Shown in pieces: positions 1 through 7,737 of a DNA stretch of 32,000 nt. The position numbers and the translations under genes were made by a program. How positions within the stretch are numbered: the first letter of the stretch is position 1; each line of letters opens with the position of its first letter. The notes under the pieces are model-generated. The model was not told the origin of the DNA and did no database searches. It saw only the letters and a program-made list of their open reading frames with translations. Source of the DNA: Lacunisphaera sp. (lineage in GTDB: Bacteria > Verrucomicrobiota > Verrucomicrobiia > Opitutales > Opitutaceae); contig DASZRV010000071.1 in NCBI GenBank assembly GCA_035549095.1, forward strand, positions 8,856 to 40,855, written 5' to 3'.

Positions 1-374
1 TTGGGCCGGTAGACCAGCAGTCGCAGCGAGCGGCCCGACTCACCGGGGCCGAACCAGACCATGATTTCGCTCCGCGTCGCGCGGCCGCCGAGCGCGCGTG
101 GATCCGATGCGGTCGTCCGCCAGTGCATCCCCGTCGGCCGGCCGACCGGCGTAACGCCGTAGACTTCTTCGGCGAACAGGCGCAGCAGCTCGGCGCGACG
201 GGCGGGCCAGGCCGCCGCGTTCGTCACCCGTGAACCGTCGTTGCGGACGAGCGGGTCGGGCAGCGCGTAGGCGGGAACTTTGGCCTCGTCGTAATTAGGG
301 GTATCGGCGGCGGCGGCCATGGTCGCGAGACCCAGTGCGAGGAACAGAATCCGGCCGCGGTGCGGCGCTTTCAT
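1..374 (-). CDS. Secreted carbohydrate-esterase-like protein, N-terminal part (gene runs off the window start)
   Basis: Manual reverse translation from ATG at 374-372 gives MKAPHRGRILFLALGLATMAAAADTPNYDEAKVPAYALPDPLVRNDGSRVTNAAAWPARRAELLRLFAEEVYGVTPVGRP... There is a signal peptide, then an NYDEAKVP-Y-LPDPL ... W..RR.E.L.LF...VYG string. I recall that string from bacterial CE15 glucuronoyl-esterase/acetyl-xylan-esterase-like N-termini. GC3 bias is strong. It is absent from the ORF track because it is open at the window edge. Confidence 0.55.
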   Translation of the reverse strand, partial: MKAPHRGRILFLALGLATMAAAADTPNYDEAKVPAYALPDPLVRNDGSRVTNAAAWPARRAELLRLFAEEVYGVTPVGRPTGMHWRTTASDPRALGGRATRSEIMVWFGPGESGRSLRLLVYRP

Positions 375-379
375 GGGGC

Positions 380-679
380 TTATTGCGAGTCGTAGATCTG
401 GACGCGGGTCCAGAACGTCTTGAATTTCTCGACGAAGGCGAGGTGGATCGGGTCGACCTGATAGGCGTTGTGCGCGGCCACGTCCTTGCAGATCACGATC
501 AGGGCCACGTCATAGCTGGCGTCGATGATCGGCCGGGGTTCGGTCGCGGCGGGAGCACCCACGGCGACCTTGTCGGCCGACTTGATGGCGGCCAGCGACT
601 CGACGCCGCGGCGGAAGTCGGCGCGCTGCGCCGGGGTGAGTTCGGGTCTTAACCAGAAGTAGACGCAGTGGTACAGCAT
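380..679 (-). CDS. Stress-responsive A/B-barrel (Dabb) domain protein, 99 aa
   Basis: This is the last 99 aa of track ORF 380..2191(-): MLYHCVYFWLRPELTPAQRADFRRGVESLAAIKSADKVAVGAP...HNAYQVDPIHLAFVEKFKTFWTRVQIYDSQ. Size and pattern are typical of Dabb. The ATG is at 679-677. The upstream 500 aa of that ORF are antisense to the DUF4139 gene and R/G-rich, so they are an artefact. Confidence 0.8.
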   Translation of the reverse strand: MLYHCVYFWLRPELTPAQRADFRRGVESLAAIKSADKVAVGAPAATEPRPIIDASYDVALIVICKDVAAHNAYQVDPIHLAFVEKFKTFWTRVQIYDSQ

Positions 680-829
680 GGTTCGGCCAGCAAACAGCGG
701 CCCGCGCACGAGGCAAACGCGGAGTGGTCGGGTTTTACGCGGCGTTGACGGATTTCGCTCGGGCTGGCGGCGGCGCGAGCCTAAGATTCGCCCGGGTCGC
801 CCGTCATACCGGCAGCCCATCATTCCCCC

Positions 830-2503
830 ATGAAAATCACCCGCCTCCTCACCCTCCTGCCCTTCCTGCCGTTCGCGTTGTGCGCCGCGGCGGTCGATTC
901 GCACATCTCGGCCGTGACGGTCTACACTGATCGCGCGGTCGTCACCCGCGCCGCCGGCCTCGACCTGCCCGCCGGCTACGCCGAGCTCGTCTTCGCCAAC
1001 CTGCCCGAGGCGATCAACGAGCACTCGCTCCAGGTCAGCGGCAAGGGCAGCGCCGCCGCGACCATCCTCGACGTCAGCGCCAAGCGCACCTACGTCGATT
1101 TCACGCCGAACGCCCGCGTGAAGGAGCTCGAGGACCAGCTCAAGGCGCTGGGGAAACAGCTGCGCGGGCTCAACGACCGCGCCGCCGTGCTCCAGGCGCA
1201 GGGCGCCATGCTCGACCAAATGAAGGCCGCGTTGTTCGCCCCACCGACGAAGGACGTGCCGCGGCCCGACCTGGCGCAGTTCACGAACTCGCTCAACTTC
1301 CTCTCCGAGCAGCAGGCCAAGATCGTCGCCGAGACCGCGACGCTCGACGAGCAGCGCGAGGACCTGCAGAACAAGACCAACACCGTGCAGCAGCAGCTCA
1401 ACGAGCTCCGCGGTGCCGGGGGCAAGGCCTTCAAGACCGTGACCGTGCGCGTGGCGGCCGCGCAGGCCGGTCACCTCGACCTGGCCCTTTCTTACGCGGT
1501 GCCGGGGGCATCGTGGGTGCCGAGCTACGATGCCCGTGTCCTCAGCACCGAGCACGCCGTGGCGCTGGGTTATTTCGGCCTCGTGCGCCAGAGCACGGGC
1601 GAGGACTGGAACGATGTGGCGTTGACGCTCTCGACCGCGCGGCCGTCGCTCGGCGGCGCCGCGCCGGTGCTCGGCGTGTGGAACCTGGACCTCTATGTCC
1701 CGAGACCGGTCGCGCTCTCGATGGAAGATGCCCGCCGCGACCAGGTCCGCATGAAAGCCGAGATGGCCGCCGCCCGGCAGGCGCCGGCCGCCGCGGGTTA
1801 CATCAACATGCAGACGCTGACGAACAACGCGCCGGCGCCCGAGGAAAAGGACGCCGAGCTGGCCGTCGCCACGCTCGAGGCGGGCGCGACGAGTGCGTCG
1901 TTCCGGATCGCGTCGCCCGCGAGCGTCGCGAGCGACAACGCCCCGCAGCGCGTGCCGATCACGGCCGCCACGTTGAAGACGAATCCGGAATACCTGACCG
2001 TGCCGAAGCGCCTCGCCGCCGCCTATTTGACCGCGAAGGTGGTCAATTCGTCCGAGTTCCCTCTGCTCGCCGGCGCGATGAATGTGTTCCTCGACGGCAC
2101 GTTTGTCGCCACGAGCAGCGTGCGCACCGTGATGTCCGGGGAGAAGTTCGACCTCGCGCTCGGCGCCGACGAAGGCATCGCGGTGAAGCACCAGCGCGTG
2201 AACAAATTCACCGAGGAGACGGGCCTGACCAATTCCGGCAAGCGGGTGACCTACGAGTACCTGATCACGGTCCAGAACAACAAGAAGACCAGCGAGCGCG
2301 TGGTCGTCGCCGACCAGCTGCCGGTGTCGCGCAACGAAAAGATCGTGGTGAAGGCCCTCGCGCCCGACGCGAAGGAGGTCAAGCCGACCGACGAGGGCAC
2401 GCTGAAGTGGACGCTCGACCTCAAGCCTGGCGAGAAGCGCGAGATCCCGGTGAAGTTCGCCGTCGAGTTTGACAAGGACGTCAACGTGGCCGGGCTGGAG
2501 TGA
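830..2503 (+). CDS. Secreted DUF4139/DUF4140 (TIGR02231-like) protein with a central coiled coil; function unknown
   Basis: The 557-aa ORF starts with a signal peptide (MKITRLLTLLPFLPFALCAAAV). The N-terminus reads VTVYTDRAVVTR. A Q/L-rich coiled coil follows, and the C-terminus contains NVFLDGTFV...YEYLITVQNNKK. This layout matches the conserved-hypothetical family as I recall it. Confidence 0.75.
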   Translation: MKITRLLTLLPFLPFALCAAAVDSHISAVTVYTDRAVVTRAAGLDLPAGYAELVFANLPEAINEHSLQVSGKGSAAATILDVSAKRTYVDFTPNARVKELEDQLKALGKQLRGLNDRAAVLQAQGAMLDQMKAALFAPPTKDVPRPDLAQFTNSLNFLSEQQAKIVAETATLDEQREDLQNKTNTVQQQLNELRGAGGKAFKTVTVRVAAAQAGHLDLALSYAVPGASWVPSYDARVLSTEHAVALGYFGLVRQSTGEDWNDVALTLSTARPSLGGAAPVLGVWNLDLYVPRPVALSMEDARRDQVRMKAEMAAARQAPAAAGYINMQTLTNNAPAPEEKDAELAVATLEAGATSASFRIASPASVASDNAPQRVPITAATLKTNPEYLTVPKRLAAAYLTAKVVNSSEFPLLAGAMNVFLDGTFVATSSVRTVMSGEKFDLALGADEGIAVKHQRVNKFTEETGLTNSGKRVTYEYLITVQNNKKTSERVVVADQLPVSRNEKIVVKALAPDAKEVKPTDEGTLKWTLDLKPGEKREIPVKFAVEFDKDVNVAGLE

Positions 2504-2529
2504 GGCCCGCGCGACATTGACCAGTCACC

Positions 2530-2624
2530 TGCAGGGCGGGGTCGCCGAACCCCGCTCATCGGTCACCGGGTAGGGCGCGGACTCCGTTCCGCGCCGCGGC
2601 GGGGTTCGGCGACCCCGCCCTACA
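2530..2624. repeat. Cluster of three REP-like hairpin units (inverted pair plus a third variant)
   Basis: 2530-2555 is TGCAGGGCGGGGTCGCCGAACCCCGC. The reverse complement of 2599-2624 is TGTAGGGCGGGGTCGCCGAACCCCGC, one mismatch. Between them, 2570-2595 is GTAGGGCGCGGACTCCGTTCCGCGCC. All three have a G(T/C)AGGG head followed by a GC hairpin. The cluster lies between two co-directional genes, the DUF4139 gene (upstream) and cbiX (downstream). Confidence 0.75.
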
Positions 2625-2668
2625 GTTTGACATACGCCGCCCCGGTCGAACCATCGCGTCACTCTTCC

Positions 2669-3499
2669 ATGCCCGCCCCGCTCACGCTGCTCGTCGACAA
2701 CGGCTCGCTGCAGCCCGCCGCCACCCTCGCCTTGCGCGGCTTGGCGGCGAAGCTCGCCCTCCGGCTCGGCATCCCGGTCGAGCCGGTTTCCTTGCTGCAT
2801 TCGTCCGCCATCGATCCGGCGCAGCTCGACGGTCGCCCGGCGGAGATCCTGGCGCCGGCGCTGGAGCGCCGCCTCGCCGCGGGCCAGGCGGAATTCGTCG
2901 TCGTGCCGCTGTTCTTCGGCCCGAGCCAGGCGCTCACCGTCTACATTCCCGAGTGCCTCGCGCGCCTGCGCGAAAAACACGCGGCGCTGCGGGTGCGGCT
3001 TGCGCCGCCGCTGCACGCGGCCGACGACGACCGGCTCGCGCGGATTCTTGGCGACCATGTCCGCTTTGAACTGGCGAAGGCGCCTTCGGTCGCGACGCGC
3101 GTGGCCCTCGTGGACCACGGCAGCCCGGTGCCGGCCGTGACCGCGGTGCGCAATGAACTGGCCGCGCAACTCGCGGACCTGCTCGGCGGCGAGGTCGCGG
3201 TTGTCGCGCCCTGCAGCATGGAGCGACGGCCTGAGCCGGAATTCGATTTTGCCGCGCCGCTGCTGGCGGACTTGCTCGCGAACCCGCCGTGGGCGGAGAG
3301 CCGCGTGATTGTCGCGATGCAATTCCTGCTGCCCGGCCGGCACGCCGGGATCGACGGCGACGTGGCGAAAATCTGCCGGGCCGCCGAAGCGGCGCACCCG
3401 CAATTGCACACGTCGATGACGACCCTCGTCGGCGCACACCCGTTGCTGGTCGAGATCCTCGCGGATCGGTGGCGGTCAGCCGCGTCCGAAATCTTGTAG
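2669..3499 (+). CDS. cbiX: Sirohydrochlorin chelatase, two-domain CbiX/SirB type
   Basis: The sequence reads MPAPLTLLVDNGSLQP...VVVPLFFGPSQAL, then a second half VALVDHGSPVPAV...VAMQFLLPGRHAG. This is the duplicated CbiX fold pattern (hhVdHGS ... P.hL..G.H). It sits next to cobA and the sulfite reductase gene. I chose the ATG at 2669 because the track start at 2627 is a TTG lying inside the REP element. Confidence 0.8.
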   Translation: MPAPLTLLVDNGSLQPAATLALRGLAAKLALRLGIPVEPVSLLHSSAIDPAQLDGRPAEILAPALERRLAAGQAEFVVVPLFFGPSQALTVYIPECLARLREKHAALRVRLAPPLHAADDDRLARILGDHVRFELAKAPSVATRVALVDHGSPVPAVTAVRNELAAQLADLLGGEVAVVAPCSMERRPEPEFDFAAPLLADLLANPPWAESRVIVAMQFLLPGRHAGIDGDVAKICRAAEAAHPQLHTSMTTLVGAHPLLVEILADRWRSAASEIL

Positions 3500-3513
3500 G
3501 GGCGCGCCCCTAC
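3495..3513. repeat. Perfect GC palindrome between convergent cbiX and cobA; probable bidirectional terminator-like hairpin
   Basis: The sequence is TGTAGGGGCGCGCCCCTAC. The TAG at 3497-3499 is the cbiX stop. The CTA at 3510-3512 is the cobA stop on the minus strand. Confidence 0.6.
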
Positions 3514-4298
3514 CCTTGGCTGGCAGTTGCGTGCAGCTCCGGGACGCGGGCCGCGAGATCGGCGAGCCGCGCGACTTCGCCGACGATCACCAACGCGGGC
3601 TGGCCTGCGAGGCGGGCGGAAAATGGACGCGCGTCACGCAGCGTACCGACCTGGATTGTCTGCGTGGGCAGGGTGGCTTCGCTGACCAGGGCCATGGGCA
3701 GGGCCGGGGACATGCCGTGCGCGATGAGATTGTCGGCGATCTCGGGCAGCCGGCGCACGCCCATGTAGAAGCAGAGCGTGGCGCGCAGCCGTGCCAGCGA
3801 GCCCCAGTCGAGCGCGTCGGTGTTGGCGGCGCATTGATGACCCGTAACGAAAACCACCGCGGAGGAATGGTCGCGGTGCGTGAGGGGCAGTGCCGCAGCC
3901 GCGCCCGCGGCGGTGGCAGCGGTGACGCCGGGCACGACCGCGAAGCCGATGCCGGTCTCGCGCAGCGCCGCCATCTCCTCGCCCGCCCGGCCAAACACCA
4001 GCGGATCGCCCCCCTTCAGCCGCACCACTCTCTTTCCGGCCCGCGCGAGCGAAATGAGCAACGCGTTGATCTGGTCCTGTGAGGCGTTGTGCCGGCCAGC
4101 GCGCTTGCCGACCGAGTGACGCTCGCAGCCGACGGGGCAATGCTCAAGCAGGTCATGATTCGCCAGCTCGTCGTACACCACCGCTTCGGCCGTTTGCAGC
4201 AGCTTCAATCCACGCACGGTGATCAGGTCGGCCGCGCCCGGGCCAGCGCCGACGAGCCAGACAAAACCCTTTGCAGGGGACCGCTTTGGATCAATCAT
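3510..4298 (-). CDS. cobA: Uroporphyrinogen-III C-methyltransferase (SUMT)
   Basis: The 262-aa ORF contains VWLVGAGPGAADLITVRGLKLLQTAEAVVYDEL...RLKGGDPLVFGRAGEE...VPGVTAA, which are the canonical SUMT/TP-methylase motifs. Confidence 0.9.
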   Translation of the reverse strand: MIDPKRSPAKGFVWLVGAGPGAADLITVRGLKLLQTAEAVVYDELANHDLLEHCPVGCERHSVGKRAGRHNASQDQINALLISLARAGKRVVRLKGGDPLVFGRAGEEMAALRETGIGFAVVPGVTAATAAGAAAALPLTHRDHSSAVVFVTGHQCAANTDALDWGSLARLRATLCFYMGVRRLPEIADNLIAHGMSPALPMALVSEATLPTQTIQVGTLRDARPFSARLAGQPALVIVGEVARLADLAARVPELHATASQG

Positions 4299-4369
4299 GA
4301 CTTCTTTAGTAACTATGACTTCTTTTAAACTTTACCCGTTGGATAACAAGTGCAACCGTCCAGCCTGTC
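4299..4369. promoter_or_regulatory. AT-rich divergent cobA / cysI control region with an 11-bp direct repeat
   Basis: This is a local AT-rich dip in a GC-rich genome. ATGACTTCTTT occurs at 4297-4307 and again at 4315-4325, 18 bp apart. I could not define clean -35/-10 boxes. Confidence 0.4.
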
Positions 4370-6094
4370 ATGTCCGCAGATTCCGCGCCAACCGTCAGCA
4401 AGAACGAGGTCCTCAAGCAGAACGTGCCCACCCTGGCCGGCCAGATCGCCGCCACGGTGAACGATCCGGCCGCTGACCGCTTTTCCGAGGATGACCAGCA
4501 GTTCATCAAATTCCATGGCATTTATCAGCAGGATGACCGCGACCTGCGCAAGGCCGGCAAGAAATTCATGCTGATGGTGCGCGGGCGCATCCCCGGCGGG
4601 GTGATGTCCGCGGCGCAGTGGATCGTGTTTGACGATCTCGCCACGCAGCATGGCAACAACACGCTGCGCCTGACCACGCGGCAGAGCATCCAGTTTCACG
4701 GCGTGTTGATGTCCGGCCTCGGCCCGCTGATCAAGCGCATCAACGAGTCGATGCTCTCGACGCTGGCGGCCTGCGGCGACGTCAACCGCAACGTCATGTG
4801 CTCGCCGACGCCGGCCTCGTCGCGGGCGCGCGAACAGGTGTTCGCCGACTGCCAGCGCATCGCGATGGCACTCGCGCCGCAGACCCCGGCCTATCCCTCC
4901 ATCTGGCTCGACGGCGTCCAGCTCGACCTCGCCGATCCCGCGCAGAAGGACTTCGTGGATCCGCTCTACGGGCAGACCTACCTGCCGCGGAAGTTCAAGA
5001 CCGGCTTCGTCATCCCGCCGGTGAACGACATCGATGTCTACACGAACGACCTCGGCTTCATCGCCGTCCTCGCCGGCGACCGCCTGCTCGGCTACAACGT
5101 CGCGGTCGGCGGCGGCATGGGCCGCAGCCATGGCAACGCACACACTTACCCGCGCTTGGCCGATGTGATCGGCTTCGTGCCGCGCGAGAAGATCATCGAC
5201 GTCGCCAAGGCGGTCCTGACGATCCACCGCGACTTCGGCGACCGCGCCAATCGCAAGCACGCGCGGCTCAAGTATGTCGTCGAGGAGCGCGGTGCCGCGT
5301 GGATGACGGCCGAGGTGAACCGCCGCAGCGGCGGCGCGCTCACGGGTGTGCGCCGGTTCGAGTTCACGTCGACGCACGACCTGTATGGCTGGCATCGCGC
5401 GGTCGACGGCAGCCTGTTCCTCACGCTGTTCGTCGAGGCGGGCCGCGTGAAGGATGCGCCCGGCCACGAGCTGAAGACGGCGTTGCGGCGCGTGGCGGAG
5501 CAGTTCCCGCACGTCCAGTTCCGGATCACGCCGAACCAGAATGTCATTCTCGCCGAGGTGCCGCCGGCGGACCAGGACGCGATCACCGCGCTGCTCGCCG
5601 CGCACGGCGTGAATGTCGCCGCGCAGACCACGGTGCTGCATGCTGCGGCGCTGGCGTGCCCGTCGCTGCCGACCTGCGGCCTCGGGCTGGCCGAATCAGA
5701 GCGCATGCTGCCGGGTTTGATCGACCGCATTGAGAAACTCGCCGGCGAGCTCGGTCTCGGCGGCGAGGAGATCATCATCCGTTCGACCGGCTGCCCCAAC
5801 GGCTGCGCCCGGCCCTACATGGCCGAGATCGCCTTCGTCGGCAAGGCGCCCGGCCGGTACCAGCTTTGGATCGGCGGCGACACCGCCGGGGCGCGGCTCA
5901 ATCGCATCTGGCGGGAAACGGTCAAGGAGGCCGACATCGAGGCCGAGCTGCGCCCGCTGCTCGCGCGCTGGAGGAACGAGCGCCAGCCCGGCGAGCGCTT
6001 CGGAGACTTTTGTTCACGCTGTGTGTTGCTTGAACAAAATACAGCGGGAGCGGCCGGGGATGCCGCTCCCGCCCCCCTTTCCGCCATCGCATGA
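4370..6094 (+). CDS. cysI: Assimilatory sulfite reductase hemoprotein (siroheme/[4Fe-4S])
   Basis: The 574-aa ORF contains FIKFHGIYQQDDRD, TTRQSIQFHGV and the C-terminal cluster/siroheme cysteines ACPSLPTCGLGLAESER ... STGCPNGCARP. It is followed by cysH with an ATGA overlap. Confidence 0.9.
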   Translation: MSADSAPTVSKNEVLKQNVPTLAGQIAATVNDPAADRFSEDDQQFIKFHGIYQQDDRDLRKAGKKFMLMVRGRIPGGVMSAAQWIVFDDLATQHGNNTLRLTTRQSIQFHGVLMSGLGPLIKRINESMLSTLAACGDVNRNVMCSPTPASSRAREQVFADCQRIAMALAPQTPAYPSIWLDGVQLDLADPAQKDFVDPLYGQTYLPRKFKTGFVIPPVNDIDVYTNDLGFIAVLAGDRLLGYNVAVGGGMGRSHGNAHTYPRLADVIGFVPREKIIDVAKAVLTIHRDFGDRANRKHARLKYVVEERGAAWMTAEVNRRSGGALTGVRRFEFTSTHDLYGWHRAVDGSLFLTLFVEAGRVKDAPGHELKTALRRVAEQFPHVQFRITPNQNVILAEVPPADQDAITALLAAHGVNVAAQTTVLHAAALACPSLPTCGLGLAESERMLPGLIDRIEKLAGELGLGGEEIIIRSTGCPNGCARPYMAEIAFVGKAPGRYQLWIGGDTAGARLNRIWRETVKEADIEAELRPLLARWRNERQPGERFGDFCSRCVLLEQNTAGAAGDAAPAPLSAIA

Positions 6095-6762
6095 CCGACG
6101 CCGAACTCACCCGCTGGAACGCCGAACTGCGTGCCCAGCCGCCGCTGGACATCATCCGCTGGGCCCTCGCACGTGCGTCGGGCCGCGCGATCGTCTCGAC
6201 CAATTTCCGCCCGTATGAGGCCGTCATCCTCCACCTGGCCGTGACGGCGCAGCCGGACATTCCGGTGCTGTGGGTCGACCACGGCTACAATCGCGCCGCA
6301 ACCTACCGCCACGCGGAGAACCTGCGCGCACGGCTGAAGCTCAACCTCAAGCCGTACCTGCCGCGGCTCACGCCGGCGCATCGCGACGCCCTCCACGGTC
6401 CGATCCCGACGCTCGACGACGAGGCCGGCCTGAAGCTGTTCAGCGCCCAGATGAAACTGGAGCCTTTCCAGCGCGGGATGAAGGAGCTCGCGCCGGCCGT
6501 GTGGATCACGGCGCTCCGCCAGTCGCAGAACCCGAACCGCGCCGGCCTCGACATCGTGACGCGCGACGCGAACTTCGGCGCGCTCAAGGTCAGCCCGCTG
6601 TTCCACTGGAGCGATGCGCAGCTCGAGGCCTACCTGGCCGAACACCAATTGCCGAACGAGTGGGATTATTTCGACCCGGCCAAGGCCGACGAGAAGCGCG
6701 AGTGCGGCCTGCACGCCGCCTGGGGCGGGAAAGCCGCGCAAGGCGCGGCCATCCAAGCCTGA
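6091..6762 (+). CDS. cysH: Phosphoadenosine-phosphosulfate (PAPS)/APS reductase family protein, thioredoxin-dependent type
   Basis: The 223-aa ORF has a PP-loop-like region (IVSTNFRPYEAVILHL) and the C-terminal EKRECGLH motif. The start overlaps the cysI stop (ATGA at 6091-6094). Confidence 0.85.
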   Translation: MTDAELTRWNAELRAQPPLDIIRWALARASGRAIVSTNFRPYEAVILHLAVTAQPDIPVLWVDHGYNRAATYRHAENLRARLKLNLKPYLPRLTPAHRDALHGPIPTLDDEAGLKLFSAQMKLEPFQRGMKELAPAVWITALRQSQNPNRAGLDIVTRDANFGALKVSPLFHWSDAQLEAYLAEHQLPNEWDYFDPAKADEKRECGLHAAWGGKAAQGAAIQA

Positions 6763-6821
6763 GACACTCATTGCACGAATTGCCACGAATCGTGTGAGCG
6801 ACCTCCAGAGATTAGTGTCTC
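6761..6821. repeat. Structured cysH-cysD intergenic element (8-bp terminal inverted repeat plus inner CACGAAT repeats)
   Basis: GAGACACT at 6761-6768 pairs with AGTGTCTC at 6814-6821. CACGAAT occurs at 6774-6780 and 6784-6790. There is an inner palindrome CACGAATCGTG at 6784-6794. Confidence 0.5.
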
Positions 6822-6834
6822 TCCCCCCCTTCTG

Positions 6835-7737
6835 ATGCATTCCTACCACCTCGACCACCTGCAGCACCTCGAAACCGAGGCGATCCACATCATGCGGGAG
6901 GTCGCCGGCGAGTTCGAGCGGCCGGCCCTGCTCTTCTCCGGCGGCAAGGACTCGATCTGCCTGCTGCGGCTGGCGGAGAAGGCGTTCCGGCCCGCCGAAC
7001 TCCCGCTGCCGCTGCTCAACGTCGACACCGGCCACCATTTTCCCGAGCTGAACGAATTCCGCGATCGCCGCGCGGCGCAGCTCGGCGCGAAGCTCATCAT
7101 CCGCAAGGTCGAGGACGCCATCGCGCGCGGCATCGCGCAGCCGGCCCCCGGCGAGATCAGCCGCAACCGGCTGCAGATCCCGACGCTGCTCGCCGCGATC
7201 GAGGAGTTCCGCTTCGACTGCTGCATCGGCGGGGCGCGGCGCGACGAGGAAAAGGCCCGGGCCAAGGAGCGCTTCTTCAGCTTTCGCGACAGCTTCGGCC
7301 AGTGGGACCCGAAGAACCAGCGCCCCGAGATCTGGAATCTCTACAACGGCCGGCTCAACCCGGGCGAAAACATGCGCGTGTTCCCGCTCAGCAACTGGAC
7401 GGAGATGGACGTGTGGGAATACATCCAGCGTGAAAAGCTCGAGGTCCCGTCGATTTACTTCAGCCACCGCCGGTCCTGCGTCCGCCGCAGCGGCCAGTGG
7501 CTGCCCGTGACCGACCTGCTGCCACCGCGGCCGAACGAGGAGATCCGCGAACTCGTCGTGCGCGTGCGGACCATCGGCGACATCATCAGCACCGGGCTCG
7601 TCGAGTCGCCGGCGGCGACCGTCGACGACATCATCGCGGAAATCGCCGCCGCCCGCGTGACCGAGCGCGGTTCGCGCGCCGATGACCGCGCCTCCGAAGC
7701 CGCGATGGAGGACCGCAAAAAAGCGGGCTATTTCTAA
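6835..7737 (+). CDS. cysD: Sulfate adenylyltransferase subunit 2
   Basis: The 300-aa ORF contains LEAEAIHIMREV-like LETEAIHIMREVAGEF, the PP-loop FSGGKDS, and the C-terminus RASEAAMEDRKKAGYF. Confidence 0.95.
   Translation: MHSYHLDHLQHLETEAIHIMREVAGEFERPALLFSGGKDSICLLRLAEKAFRPAELPLPLLNVDTGHHFPELNEFRDRRAAQLGAKLIIRKVEDAIARGIAQPAPGEISRNRLQIPTLLAAIEEFRFDCCIGGARRDEEKARAKERFFSFRDSFGQWDPKNQRPEIWNLYNGRLNPGENMRVFPLSNWTEMDVWEYIQREKLEVPSIYFSHRRSCVRRSGQWLPVTDLLPPRPNEEIRELVVRVRTIGDIISTGLVESPAATVDDIIAEIAAARVTERGSRADDRASEAAMEDRKKAGYF

Noticed and set aside
680-2191. The N-terminal roughly 500 aa of the 603-aa minus ORF 380..2191.
   Set aside because: Only the last 99 aa (380-679) form a sensible Dabb-domain protein with its own ATG. 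The rest is antisense to the signal-peptide-bearing DUF4139 gene and is R/G-rich.
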